Source: Dehalococcoidia bacterium
GTDB lineage: Bacteria > Chloroflexota > Dehalococcoidia > Lucifugimonadales > VXLM01
DNA length: 64,000 bases
Assembly (NCBI GenBank): GCA_963662435.1
Contig: OY759598.1
Span: 900,507 to 964,506 of the forward strand
Reading direction: 5' to 3'
The translations under genes and the position numbers were made by a program. The notes beneath the pieces are model-generated. The model saw only the letters and a program-made list of their open reading frames with translations, searched no databases and was not told the DNA's origin. Below, one piece after another: positions 48,578 to 59,700 of the stretch (position 1 is its first letter; each line of letters begins with the position of its first letter).

Positions 48578-49669
48578 ATGCGTCCGCTCACCGATCTGAC
48601 CGTCGTCGACCTTACCGTGAATACGCCCGGGCCCTTCTGCTCGATGATCTTGAGCGACCTCGGGGCGAGGGTAATCAAGATCGAGCCGCCGGGAGGGGAC
48701 CCCCTCCGTCAGAGCAGCGCTTCGATGTTTGCAGGAATGAACCGTGGCAAGGAGAGTATTTCTCTCAACCTCAAGGCGGACGGCGACCGCGGAGTGTTGC
48801 ATAAACTCGTCGAGCAGGCCGACATCGTCCTGGAGGGTTCGCGACCTGGAGTGGCCAGGCGACTGGGCGCCGACTACGAGACACTTTCCGCAAGAAACTC
48901 CGGAGTCGTCTACTGCTCGATCTCGGGGTTCGGACAGGAGGGTCCTTGGAGCAACGTGCCTGCCCATGACATCAACTACCTTGCCGTCGGCGGTTACATG
49001 GGCTTGCAGACGGCTATCGAGGGGCGTCCGTGGCCTCCCGCCATCCTGATATCGGACGTTGCGTCGGGAATGTACGCGGCGATTTCCGTGTTGGCCGGTG
49101 TGGTGCGCAGGGCATCTTCAGGTGAGGGTTCGTATATTGACCTATCCATGACGGACGCCGTGCTGTCCCTCGTGGGGATCGAGGCACTGGGGGACGCTGA
49201 TGATGAAGGGAACACGCCAAACGTTACGGTGATACCAACCTACGGCCTGTTCGCCTGTGCGGATGGACGGTGGCTGAGCCTCGGCATCGTCCACGAGGAC
49301 CACTTCTGGCAAGGCCTCTGCGATGCAGCAGGTCTCGGAGACCTTTCATCTCTCAACTTCGAACAGCGTGTCGAGCGGGCAGGCGAGATCAAGAGACGGC
49401 TTGAGACGACCTTCGCCAAGCGTCCTTCGTCGGAGTGGGAGCGAGAGCTCATGGAGATAGACGTACCTGCGGTGACTGTCAGGGACCTGGAAGAGGCACT
49501 CGAACTGCCGCAATTCGTAACACGAGGTCCGGTTGTCCAGGTTGGAGCTCTTCGGTACATCGGCCAGCCTATGAGGTTCTCCACGGGTTCCGTGGAGCCG
49601 AAGGGTCCGCCTCCCGCTCTTGATGAGCATCGAAATGCGATCCTCGCCGAACTTGGGTATACTGCCTGA
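48578..49669 (+). CDS. Family III CoA-transferase (CaiB/BaiF)
   Basis: PGPFCSMILSDLGARVIKIEPP, NRGKES, RPGV and ISGFGQ. Confidence 0.93.
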   Translation: MRPLTDLTVVDLTVNTPGPFCSMILSDLGARVIKIEPPGGDPLRQSSASMFAGMNRGKESISLNLKADGDRGVLHKLVEQADIVLEGSRPGVARRLGADYETLSARNSGVVYCSISGFGQEGPWSNVPAHDINYLAVGGYMGLQTAIEGRPWPPAILISDVASGMYAAISVLAGVVRRASSGEGSYIDLSMTDAVLSLVGIEALGDADDEGNTPNVTVIPTYGLFACADGRWLSLGIVHEDHFWQGLCDAAGLGDLSSLNFEQRVERAGEIKRRLETTFAKRPSSEWERELMEIDVPAVTVRDLEEALELPQFVTRGPVVQVGALRYIGQPMRFSTGSVEPKGPPPALDEHRNAILAELGYTA

Positions 49670-49725
49670 CCGAGCGCTCTTGAGGCGTGTTTTCTCCTAT
49701 TGGTATTTCGGCCTGAGGAAAAACG

Positions 49726-51360
49726 TTGAAGAACCAGCAGTACCAGATCGGTGACTACCGCGAGACCTATCGTACGTTCACTTTGCCCCGCCCTGAACGC
49801 TACAACTGGACGTATGAGGTCTTTGACGGGTGGGCAAGCGATCCCGGCAAGCGGGCCATGCTGTGGGTGAGCAGTGACGGTATTCCGCGAGACGTGACCT
49901 ACCGCGAGTTTGCCCAGAGGTCCAAGCAGGTTGCCAACGCACTCTCCGGCATCGGCGCCAAGCAGGGCGACCGGGTGATGACCATGCTTCCGCGCCTGGT
50001 CGAATGGTGGGAAATCGTGCTGGGCTGCATCAGGGGACGCTTTGTCTCGGTCCCGGGGACGACGTTGATGACCCCCCGTGACATAGCCTATCGAATTCAG
50101 GCTGCGGGAATATCCGTGGCAATTACCGACTCCGAGAACCTGCCGAAGCTTGAAGCGGTGCGCGACCGGTGCCCCGACCTGCGGGAGATTATCGTCGTGG
50201 GTGAGGACTCGGGTGGCTATCATGACTACGAGGACCTTGTGTCCAATGCCTCGGCGGAGTTGGCAAATCCGAACAACCCTGCCGACGAACTGATGATGAT
50301 CTACTTCACTTCCGGCACGACGGGATATCCGAAGATGGTCCCGATAACGCATAGCAACTATCCCATCGGACACGTGGTGACGGGAAAGTTCTGGATGGAC
50401 CAGCGCCCGACCGATTTGCACTGGACCCTTTCCGATACCGGTTGGGCGCAGGCGGCGTGGTCGTCCTTCTTCGCCCCCTGGAACATGGGATCAGCCCTGT
50501 TCATCTGGGACCAGCGCGGCAAGTACGAGCCTAGAACGACGCTGCAGGCGCTGGAGCAGTACCCGATCACGACGTTTTTCGCGCCGCCGACTGCGTATCG
50601 GATGCTCGTCCTCGAAGATCTCGAGAATTTCAGGCCGAAGGCGCTGCGCCACTGCATGGGGGCCGGTGAGCCGGTGAACCCGGAGGTCATCGACACGTGG
50701 CGCGATGGGACGGGCTTCCACATCTGGGAGGCGTACGGCCAGACCGAGACGACGCTGTGCGCCGCGACGTTCCCCGGCATGGAGCACCGGCCCGGCTCGA
50801 TGGGTGTGTCAGCGCCGGACTACTACATGGCGGTCGTTGATGACGCCGGTAACGAACTTAAGGACGGCGAGGAGGGCGAGATTGCTATCCGCATGACACC
50901 CGAAAAGCCGGTGGGCATGTTCCCCGGATACTGGAGGAACCCCGAGGCAAACGAAAACTGCTTCCGTGGCGACTGGTACTACACGGGTGACCGGGCGACC
51001 CGAGATGAGGACGGCTATTTCTGGTTCATTGGGCGCTCGGACGACGTGATCATCAGCGCCTCTTACCGGATAGGACCTTTCGAGGTGGAGTCGGCGCTGC
51101 TTGAGCACGACGCCGTCGCCGAGGCAGCGGTGATAGCCAAGCCCGATCGCGCACGCACAAACATCGTCAAGGCATTCGTCGTGCTGGCGCCGGGTTACGA
51201 GCCCTCAGAGGCCGTATTGACCGAGCTTCAAGACCACGTCAAGGCCACCACAGCGCCGTACAAGTATCCGCGTGAGGTGGAATTCCTCTCTGAGTTGCCG
51301 AAGACCATATCGGGTAAGATTCGCCGCACGGAACTCCGGCAGCGCGAGGATGCTCGATAG
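49726..51360 (+). CDS. Acyl-CoA synthetase (medium-chain, ACSM-like)
   Basis: YFTSGTTGYPK, YGQTET and PKTISGKI. Confidence 0.93.
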   Translation: MKNQQYQIGDYRETYRTFTLPRPERYNWTYEVFDGWASDPGKRAMLWVSSDGIPRDVTYREFAQRSKQVANALSGIGAKQGDRVMTMLPRLVEWWEIVLGCIRGRFVSVPGTTLMTPRDIAYRIQAAGISVAITDSENLPKLEAVRDRCPDLREIIVVGEDSGGYHDYEDLVSNASAELANPNNPADELMMIYFTSGTTGYPKMVPITHSNYPIGHVVTGKFWMDQRPTDLHWTLSDTGWAQAAWSSFFAPWNMGSALFIWDQRGKYEPRTTLQALEQYPITTFFAPPTAYRMLVLEDLENFRPKALRHCMGAGEPVNPEVIDTWRDGTGFHIWEAYGQTETTLCAATFPGMEHRPGSMGVSAPDYYMAVVDDAGNELKDGEEGEIAIRMTPEKPVGMFPGYWRNPEANENCFRGDWYYTGDRATRDEDGYFWFIGRSDDVIISASYRIGPFEVESALLEHDAVAEAAVIAKPDRARTNIVKAFVVLAPGYEPSEAVLTELQDHVKATTAPYKYPREVEFLSELPKTISGKIRRTELRQREDAR

Positions 51361-51417
51361 TGAGGGGTGCATGCACTTAGAGTGCCAACCCTTCGCAATA
51401 CTCGCAAACGGAAGCCC

Positions 51418-52557
51418 ATGCCCATAACACCTGAACATGAAATGTTCCGCGACCTCGTTCGACGATTCGTCCAGGACGAGATAACTCCGCACGTCGACGG
51501 GTGGGAGGAGCGAGGCGAGATCCCGCGCGAGCTGTTTCGGCGGATGGGGGACCTGGGACTCCTTGGAATTGAGTACGAGACTCTGCACGGCGGGGCCGAT
51601 GCGGACTTCTGGATGACGGCTGTGCTGGCGGAGGAGCTTGCGAAGTGCAGGTCGGGGGGCGTGGCGTTCAGCGTGATAGTTCATACGGACATGTCGTCGC
51701 CCTGGTTGGGGCGGGTAGGGACGGACGAACAGAAGAAGAGGTTCCTTCCTGACATTACGACCGGTCGCAAGGTGTGCGCCCTGGCCATCACGGAGCCGGG
51801 AGTTGGATCTGACATGGCGTCGCTCGAAACAAGGGCTGTGCGGGACGGGGACAACTGGGTCATCAACGGCGCAAAGACGTACATCACCAACGGGGTCTAT
51901 GGCGATCTGTACTTCGTCGCGGCCAGGACGCGAGACAGCGGTCGAAAGCACCAGAGGCTGTCGCAGTTCCTCGTGGAGGCCGGAAGGCCGGGCTTGAAGG
52001 TGAGCCGGAAGCTGAACAAGACGGGCATGTGGGCGTCGGACACGGCGGAACTGGTCTTCGAGAACGTGCGGGTGCCCCACGCCAACCTGCTCGGTGAAGA
52101 GGGCAGGGGGTTCTACCAGCTATCCGCCGGCCTGCAGAGGGAACGCCTGCTCTCGGCGGTGCTAAGTGTGTCGGCGGCGGAGCAGGCGATCGAAGATACC
52201 GTACAGTTCCTCAAGGGACGGGAGGCCTTCGACAGGCCGCTGGCGGAATTCCAGGCGCTTCGACACAGGCTTGCGGACATGGCCGTCGAAGTGGAGGCCG
52301 CCAGGCGATTGACCTATGCGGCGGTTGAGGCATTCACGAGCGGCGAAGACTGCGTGACGGAAGTCTCCATGGCCAAGCTGTTCTCCACGGAGATGGCGAA
52401 CCGTGTGGCTTATGAGGCGGTCCAGATGCACGGCGGTCTCGGATACATGCGTGAGTTGTCGGTCGAAAGGTTCGCTCGCGACTACCGGCTGTGGACGATT
52501 GCCGCCGGATCGTCCGAAATGATGCGGGAGATTATTGCAAAGAAACTGCTGGGCTAG
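51418..52557 (+). CDS. Acyl-CoA dehydrogenase
   Basis: AITEPGVGSD, NGAKTYITNG and QMHGGLGY; start revised to MPITP. Confidence 0.93.
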   Translation: MPITPEHEMFRDLVRRFVQDEITPHVDGWEERGEIPRELFRRMGDLGLLGIEYETLHGGADADFWMTAVLAEELAKCRSGGVAFSVIVHTDMSSPWLGRVGTDEQKKRFLPDITTGRKVCALAITEPGVGSDMASLETRAVRDGDNWVINGAKTYITNGVYGDLYFVAARTRDSGRKHQRLSQFLVEAGRPGLKVSRKLNKTGMWASDTAELVFENVRVPHANLLGEEGRGFYQLSAGLQRERLLSAVLSVSAAEQAIEDTVQFLKGREAFDRPLAEFQALRHRLADMAVEVEAARRLTYAAVEAFTSGEDCVTEVSMAKLFSTEMANRVAYEAVQMHGGLGYMRELSVERFARDYRLWTIAAGSSEMMREIIAKKLLG

Positions 52558-53438
52558 CGAAGGTACCGAAAACTATAGAAGAACAAGAATTGGCTCGCGT
52601 AGCCCGCGTAACGCCCGAACTTCTTTTGGCACCACTTCCACCGTCCAACTGTGGCCGGTGTCTTCAACTTCGGGTAATCAGGCTCGTTTCCATAGAAGTG
52701 ATTTAAGGTGTTGAAAATGTGTGTGTCAATCGGAAACCCATCCAGTTTGTCGAGGGCGAAGAGAGCAACGCAGTTCGCGCTCTTAGGACCAACGCCATCA
52801 AATCGTTTGCCCAGCTTCGTCACAACGTCCCCGACGTCCGGCGTGTTCTTCAACATGTCAAAGTCAAAGTATTCGCTGTAGGCGGCGCAGGACGCTCTAC
52901 GTATTCTGGGCCCTTTCGACCGCAAACCCACAATGACGCGGTTAAGCCTATCGAGTGAGTCACTCTCGCACAAATCTTGTGGTCTAGGGAAGCGGTAGCG
53001 AGAGCCGTTGTAACCTTCCAATGGTGGGCCAGTGCGAAACTCCGTGGCTATGCGCTCCATGTTTTGCATGGCTCGGTCGATGTCGGAACGGGCGTTCAGT
53101 ATAAAGAAGACCAAACACTCCCAAGGGTCGATTCGCATCACTCGTAGTCCTCTGAACTTTTGCACCAACTCGGCCATCTTGGGGTCGCGGCGACTCAGAT
53201 CTTCGTAGATAGTTTCGATGTCGTCATCCAAGCGGAAGTGACTTCGCAGTAGCTGTTCAATGTCCGCCTTGTCCGTCGTGGTGCTAAATTCGATACCGTC
53301 ATCGACCTCTCGGATGCGTACCAGGCTGTCTCCCATCACGCCCTCGTACCAGCCGCGTCCTGCCGGGAGCCAGCGGTGACCCTGTCCGCAGGCCAGGGTG
53401 GACTCCAAGTCGAATGGTTGGTCGATGGGGATGTGCAA
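52554..53438 (-). CDS. ogg: 8-oxoguanine DNA glycosylase (Ogg1-type, HhH-GPD)
   Basis: TLACGQ N-domain, GLRV...DPWECL, HhH GVGPKSANC (catalytic Lys), FPIDTH and YASQFLF. Confidence 0.85.
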   Translation of the reverse strand: MHIPIDQPFDLESTLACGQGHRWLPAGRGWYEGVMGDSLVRIREVDDGIEFSTTTDKADIEQLLRSHFRLDDDIETIYEDLSRRDPKMAELVQKFRGLRVMRIDPWECLVFFILNARSDIDRAMQNMERIATEFRTGPPLEGYNGSRYRFPRPQDLCESDSLDRLNRVIVGLRSKGPRIRRASCAAYSEYFDFDMLKNTPDVGDVVTKLGKRFDGVGPKSANCVALFALDKLDGFPIDTHIFNTLNHFYGNEPDYPKLKTPATVGRWKWCQKKFGRYAGYASQFLFFYSFRYLR

Positions 53439-53458
53439 GGTTCTATCCCTTTCCGCCG

Positions 53459-54370
53459 CTACGTACGCTGCTGCCAGTCGTCTTCGACCTGCTCGAAGCG
53501 TTGGTGAAGCTCGCGGACCGTGTCGTCGGGGATGGGGAGGCGATTCGCCACGAGGTCGATGTTCGATTTCAGGTGATCGACGTTGTGGGTGCCGGTGATG
53601 ATTGTGGTGACTGCGGGCTCGGCGAGGGCGAAGCCGGTGACGAGACGCACCACGTCATCCAGGTCGTGCTGGAACGGGCCCGCAGCCTTCATCTCTTGTG
53701 AGCGGCGGAAATACTCGTCCGCGTAGGGGTAGGGGCTCTTCTCCCGCCACCATACTCCGTTGGCGACTGGTCGCTTGAGTATCACCCCCATGCCCGCCGC
53801 CTGCGCCATGTCGAAGAGGCCCTTCGTGCGGGCGTGCTGCTCGACCAGGTTGTAGCTGGTCTGAAGCGTGGCAAATACGCCGCTCTCGACCGCCCACTTC
53901 GCCGCATCGTTGTCGCCGCTGTAGCTGGCGAAGCGCGTCTTGCCCGCTTCTCTTGCTCTTACAAGCGCATCGATAACGTCGCCGTGTTCCAACACTTCAA
54001 CATCGCAGGTGTGAAGCTGGACGATGTCCACATAGTCGGTCTGGAGCAGCCTCAGACTGCGGTCGATGGAGTGCTCGATGGTCTCTCTCGTCCAGCTCTC
54101 GCCCGGCGCGTTGCCCACCGCGTGGCCCGCTTTGGTAGCCAGCACATACTCGTCCCGACGGTGCGAGACCGTCTCGCCAATGAGTGCTTCGGTGTCGCCG
54201 TAGCAAGCCGCCGTGTCGAGGAAGTTGATGCCGTTGTCGAGGGCTTCGTTTAGGACAGTCGCGGCAGCCGATGTGTCGCCGCCCATCTTGTCTTGGCGCG
54301 AGATTTCCGCCAGTCCAAGTCCCAGGGGCGTGATCTTCAGGCCGGTCTTGCCGAGTTCTCGTAGTTCCAT
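53459..54370 (-). CDS. Aldo/keto reductase
   Basis: LGKTGL, DTAACYG, LATK and SLRLLQTDYVDIVQLH. Confidence 0.92.
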   Translation of the reverse strand: MELRELGKTGLKITPLGLGLAEISRQDKMGGDTSAAATVLNEALDNGINFLDTAACYGDTEALIGETVSHRRDEYVLATKAGHAVGNAPGESWTRETIEHSIDRSLRLLQTDYVDIVQLHTCDVEVLEHGDVIDALVRAREAGKTRFASYSGDNDAAKWAVESGVFATLQTSYNLVEQHARTKGLFDMAQAAGMGVILKRPVANGVWWREKSPYPYADEYFRRSQEMKAAGPFQHDLDDVVRLVTGFALAEPAVTTIITGTHNVDHLKSNIDLVANRLPIPDDTVRELHQRFEQVEDDWQQRT

Positions 54371-54413
54371 GTCACATACTCCTTGCGTGGTGATGAGAAG
54401 GTGGCTTGATGTC

Positions 54414-54444
54414 GTTCATGGTTCGACAAGCTCACGACGAACGG
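54414..54444. repeat. Palindromic repeat GTTCATGGTTCGACAAGCTCAC..CGAACGG
   Basis: Matches the reverse complement of the internal repeat of the MITE (21188-21216). Confidence 0.7.
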
Positions 54445-54470
54445 TTTTCGCTGACGAACTAGAGGCAATA

Positions 54471-55532
54471 TTAGCGCAAAGCCTTGAGGTCGCGAACGGC
54501 GGAAATGCGGCGTTCGGCGATTCGGGCTGCTGCCGCGTTGGTGGTGATGCCCTCGGAGCGGGCGGTCTCGATCACGTCGAGCGTCGTCCGGTAGATGCGC
54601 CTGGTCAGCTCAAGGGCACGATCCTTGCGATAGACTCCGCCGATCTCAGAACCGACGTTGATGATGCCACCGGCGTTTATGACGTAGTCGGGAGCGTAGG
54701 TGATGCCCCGTTCTTCGAGGAGATCGCCGTCGTCGTCGGACAGCAACTGGTTATTGGCTCCGCCTGCAACGATCCGGCACTTGAGGCGCGGAATGGTATC
54801 ACCGTTCAGGACGCCGCCAAGGGCGCACGGTGAGAAGATATCGCACTCGGCGTCGTAGATGTCATCGGTAGCCACGATGGTCGCGCCCATGTCCGCCGCC
54901 TCCTGGAGTGCGCTTTCGTAGATGTCGGTCACAACCAGCTTAGCTCCCTCCTCAAGGAGATGTTTGGCCGTGTTGGAGCCAACGTGCCCGAAGCCTTGAA
55001 TCGCCACGGTACGACCGGAAAGGTCTTCGTCTCCCCAAGTGGCCTTCGCCGCTGCTTTCATGCCGAGATACACGCCGAGTCCTGTCATGAGAGAGGTATC
55101 GCCGCTTCCACCCAGCGACTCGGGCAGGCCAACGACGTGTTCCGTCTCCTGGGCGATGTACTCGAGGTCCCGGGGCGTCATGCCGACGTCCTCGGTCGTG
55201 ACGTAGCGCCCTCCCAGGGAGTCTACGTGGCGCGCGAACGCTCGCAGCAGTGCCTCGTTCTTGTCGGTCCGTGGATCGGCCATGATGAGGGCCTTGCCGC
55301 CCCCAAGGTCAAGGCCCGCGACGGCGGACTTGTAGGTCATCGCCCGTGAAAGGCGAAGCACATCCATGATGGCGTCGTCTTCGCTCTGATGCGGCCAGAC
55401 GCGAAGACCTCCGCAAGCAGGACCGAGGGTCGTATCGTGAATGGCGATAAACGCTCTGAGACCCTGTGACGGCTCGTGGCAGATCAGCAGCTGCTCGTGG
55501 CCGTGTGTCTCCATGTATTCGAGGATGTTCAT
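54471..55532 (-). CDS. Leucine/valine/phenylalanine dehydrogenase
   Basis: HDTTLGPACGG, MTYKSA, LGGGKA, EDVG, QGFGHVG and GGANNQL. Confidence 0.92.
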   Translation of the reverse strand: MNILEYMETHGHEQLLICHEPSQGLRAFIAIHDTTLGPACGGLRVWPHQSEDDAIMDVLRLSRAMTYKSAVAGLDLGGGKALIMADPRTDKNEALLRAFARHVDSLGGRYVTTEDVGMTPRDLEYIAQETEHVVGLPESLGGSGDTSLMTGLGVYLGMKAAAKATWGDEDLSGRTVAIQGFGHVGSNTAKHLLEEGAKLVVTDIYESALQEAADMGATIVATDDIYDAECDIFSPCALGGVLNGDTIPRLKCRIVAGGANNQLLSDDDGDLLEERGITYAPDYVINAGGIINVGSEIGGVYRKDRALELTRRIYRTTLDVIETARSEGITTNAAAARIAERRISAVRDLKALR

Positions 55533-55647
55533 GTTTGAGCCTGATTGTGGAGGGACCTAATGAACCGGAGTAGAGGACTGGAGGACGCTGGTATTATATG
55601 GGCGCGGCGAGAGCCGCACAACTGAAACTGTATGATGGGGAGCGCAC

Positions 55648-56766
55648 ATGGCACGCACGACGGACGTTGCCGTCATAGGCGGAGGGATAGCAGGTTGCGC
55701 CGCCGCATACTACCTGGCCCACGAAGGACTGGATGTATCCGTTATCGACCATCAGGGCGTTGGCAACGCCGCTTCGGGCTATGCGCTCGGTCTTCTGAAT
55801 CCGCTTTCGGGGGCACTCATTCCCGGTGAGTTGGCGGCGTTCGCCCTTGAGGCGTTCCACGAGCATCGACTGCTCTGGCCTCGACTTCGAGAGGAGTCTT
55901 CCATCGACTTCCAGGGGCGAATAGTGCCTCACCTCGAGACCGTGCTGGACGAGAGAGACTTGCCCGCGGTCCGGGAGGAAATGGAGCGCTGGGAGGCGGC
56001 CGAGGGGTTCTCCGCCCAATTGATTGAAGGTCGAGACGTAGCGAGGCTGGACAGCAGGCTCAGCAGTGAGATCGCGGGAGCGGTGCTGCTGGAGAGTCTC
56101 GGCATTGTCGATAGCCAGCTGCTCACGAGGGCTCTCATGGATGCGGCAACGCAGGTTGGCGCCAGCGTCATAGAGGAACGAGTCATCGGCATGGATTGGC
56201 AGGACGACGGAGCAATAAGGGTCGTCACAAACGAAGGCAGAATCAGTTGCAGTGCCGTCGTCATAGCCGCCGGGGCGTGGTCAGGACAGATCCAAGGGTG
56301 GACCGGACTCGACGTTCCGGTGACACCGCTTAAGGGGCAGATTGTACGTCTTGAGGGACTTCGCCCTCCCCTTGAGTACCATGTTGCGGGTCCAGGCGCG
56401 GCAGTGCAGAAGGCGGACGGCAAGCTCTGGGTCGCAGCAACGGAGGAAGAGGCCGGGTTCGATCTTGAGATCACCAGTGAAGCCCACAAGAGGCTGATTG
56501 AGAACGCCGCGCGAGTGCTTCCCTGCGTAAGGCAAGCGCGCCTGTTGGAGCAAACGGCTTGCCTGAGGCCAAAGACACCCGATGCGCTGCCGATCATCGG
56601 CAAGGCCCCTGACCGGGAAGACGTCTATGTCACCACCGGGGCAGGGAAGAAGGGCATCATGCTCGCCCCTGCGATGGGGAAGGCCATCGCCGACCTCATT
56701 ATGCGAGGGGAGACGTCGCTATCGATTGACGGTTTCGGTCCGGAGCGGTTTACACCGGCGAACTGA
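55648..56766 (+). CDS. FAD-dependent oxidoreductase, glycine oxidase/DAO family
   Basis: GGGIAG, AAGAWS, PLKGQ and LRPKTPDALPIIG. Confidence 0.88.
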   Translation: MARTTDVAVIGGGIAGCAAAYYLAHEGLDVSVIDHQGVGNAASGYALGLLNPLSGALIPGELAAFALEAFHEHRLLWPRLREESSIDFQGRIVPHLETVLDERDLPAVREEMERWEAAEGFSAQLIEGRDVARLDSRLSSEIAGAVLLESLGIVDSQLLTRALMDAATQVGASVIEERVIGMDWQDDGAIRVVTNEGRISCSAVVIAAGAWSGQIQGWTGLDVPVTPLKGQIVRLEGLRPPLEYHVAGPGAAVQKADGKLWVAATEEEAGFDLEITSEAHKRLIENAARVLPCVRQARLLEQTACLRPKTPDALPIIGKAPDREDVYVTTGAGKKGIMLAPAMGKAIADLIMRGETSLSIDGFGPERFTPAN

Positions 56767-56778
56767 ACCCCGCTCGCG

Positions 56779-59700
56779 CTACTCGTACCGAAGGGCTTCC
56801 GCCGGGTACACCTTCGACGCCTGCCTGGCAGGTATGTAGGTAGCCAGCAGAGAGAAGAAGTACGTAACACCCAGGATGACAATCATCTGAATCCACGGGA
56901 TGGCGTACCGAATGGTGTCGAGGCCCTCTTCGTCGCGAATGTCGAGGACCGCGTTGTAGGAGAGAACAAGCCCCAGCACGGTTCCGATAACTATGCCAAG
57001 GACGGCAACGAAGCTGGACTCGATGAGGAAGCTAAGCTGGATCATTCCCTTGCGGTAACCGACCGCGCGAAGCATTCCTATCTGCTGACGTCGCTCGACG
57101 ACGGCCCTCGTGCTGACAACGCCGAGCGCGGCAATGCCGACGAACAGTCCCAGAGCCATGAATCCGGTGAATAGTCGGAAGAAGCCCTTGAGCGCGGCCA
57201 GCTGCTCGTTCAGAAGTTCCTCCAGCACGTCGGTCTGCATGCCATTATGGAGGAAGGCCTTTTCGATGTTCCGTGCCAATTCCTTGGATTCATCGAGATC
57301 GGCGACACGGAACCTGTAAGTCGTGATGGGAATAGGGAACGGGGCCACTTCATCGGCGGCTGACTTGGAACCGATCATACCGAGACTGAATCCTGTGTCG
57401 TGGATGCGGTCGACGACTCCAATCACCGTCAAGTTCATGATCGATCGAGTGTTTGGCTCCCTAACCTCGATCTCGATTGGCGACATCGAGTCATCGTCGT
57501 AGCCGACTTCGTGGAATACCCGGGAGATTTGCTGGCCCTGCTCGCCCTGTGTGTCGTTGAGCAGCGAGCCACCTATGACGACGAGGCCGGGGTCATTTCG
57601 CATTGCCTCGAATACGTCGTCCGTGCTGGAGCCGAATCCGTCAGCGATCAGCTTGAATTCGTACCTGCTTGCTTCGAGGTACCCGTCATCCGCCGCGACG
57701 AACCGGACGTTGTTCCAGTCCTGGTCTTCAGCTTCCACCTCGCGGACCTGGACTCCGAACGCGGTGTATCCGCCGATGGCCTCGAACTGGGAAGCGTCTA
57801 TGGACTCGATGGTATCGATTTCCGAGTGAATGTCCTCTATGGGCGTCGTGAAGTTGACGCTTCCCTGGATGTCCCACCCGCCCGAGGCGACTCGCGACTC
57901 TACGAACTGTGTACTGAAAGTGTCCGTGAGGACGGACATGACGGTGAGGGTGAAGATGACGAGGGCGAACATGGCCAGGGTCAGTCCGGTGCGGAACTTT
58001 GAATTGAGCGGGTAGGCTATTGCAGTCACGAGTACGGGACGGAATTGACGGAGACGACTGGTGACGAAATGCAGTCCGTGGAGAATCAGGTCGGCGTTGT
58101 ACATGACCGTCCAGACCGCGGCCCCGACCATGGCGATTCCCGAGACGAACATGATATCTACATCGCCCCGCAAGTCATTCACGATATCGCCCAAGAGCCT
58201 TTCGAGAACGCCTCGGGGCAATGCCCAGAAGACCAGAATCGCTATTCCGGTTGTCGTGAAGACGATCCTGTCGCGTAGGGCGGGCACCATGTCGCCTCTA
58301 GCCAAGAAGGCCCTTGCCGACAGTCCCATCCCTGCCAGCGCCAATGACACTCCACCACCGAATAACGACGCAAGCTGCAAGGGTTCAACTACAGCGGATG
58401 CTATGGTCAAACCTGCGCCGATGAAGAAGAGAAGCCACCCCTGCAAGAGGTACGGCCAGACCAGCTTGAACAGCTGCACGAGAATGTCTGCTACCCAGAG
58501 GACCATGGTGAACCATAGCAGGGCGAATGTCACGTGAAGCACGGCGGGAACGTAGTCGCGCCTGATGAGGTACCTCAGCGCGCGCCAGAAGAAGAGGAAA
58601 GGTCGAAAGATGCCCTTGACAACGTCCAGCAGTCTGCTAAGAAAACCCGGAGGAGTAGCCGGCACGAGGCTCTCGGGTAGATTCCGAACGGCAGCCACGA
58701 TGTTCAGGTGGCTCACCCTGTAGGCCGAAATCCCGACCGTTGCAAAGGTGATGATCATGCCCAGGCAGTACGACACGACTATTGTCGGCAGGGTGAAGTG
58801 AAGTTGGAGGGTGAAGTTGTCGTCAAACGATGAGAAGATGCTGTTGAGGGTACCGACCATGAGTGCGCCCACGGCGAGTCCTAGCAGGACACCGATGGCG
58901 GCCGACACAAGGGCGTAGGCGGTCCCTTCAAATACGAACATCTCGATGAGATTCCGGCGTTTGGCGCCGACGGCGCGGGCCATGCCCATCTCCGATTTCC
59001 TGGCGCCGGCGAGGAGGACGAATATCAGGAAGATCAAAAGGATGCCGCTGGCTATCGAGAACGTGCTGAAGGTCAGGAAGAAGACGCTTATGGCGGTACC
59101 CGCCTGTTCCGCGCCCCGGAGGATGTCGTTCTTGATGTCCAAGACGTACATTTCGGCGAGTTCGCTGAAGAGAGTCGACGCTTCGCGCTGGATGTCGCGC
59201 AACTCGTCGGAGTCAAGGATGTCCTGGACCTCATCCGAGACTTCCGCGTCCGCCAGGGCATCGATCAGATCATCGGTAAGGCCGGGAGCCAGGATTCCCG
59301 TGTGGAGCTTGGTCAACCGCTCCTTGAGGTCAGTATCGACTGCAGTGTCTCGTTCAAGTTCCAGCGCCTTGAGAAAGACTTCGTCGTTGAGGAGATCCTT
59401 CAAACGAGAGGCCGTTTCGCGGTCGGCAAATCTCACGCGGAGGTCCTTCGTGACCTCGTCACTGAGTTCGTTGCCAGTAAGATTGTCGCCTCGGTTCGAA
59501 ATTACGATGGACGTAATCTGACCAGTTCTGCCGAAGATTTCCTGCGCTCGTTCCAACGAGATGATCATCGTGGGACTGATTCCGGCAAATCCGCCGTCTT
59601 CGAGGACTCCAGCCACATTGAACTGGATGGCACTGTCTTCTACATAGACCTCAAGCTGTCCGCCTGCCTGCAGTTCAAGCTCTTCCGAAACATCTTCGTT

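Noticed and set aside
55533..55647. TPP riboswitch / thiO assignment
   Set aside because: No TPP aptamer motif and no neighbouring thi genes, so it is left as a DAO-family oxidoreductase.
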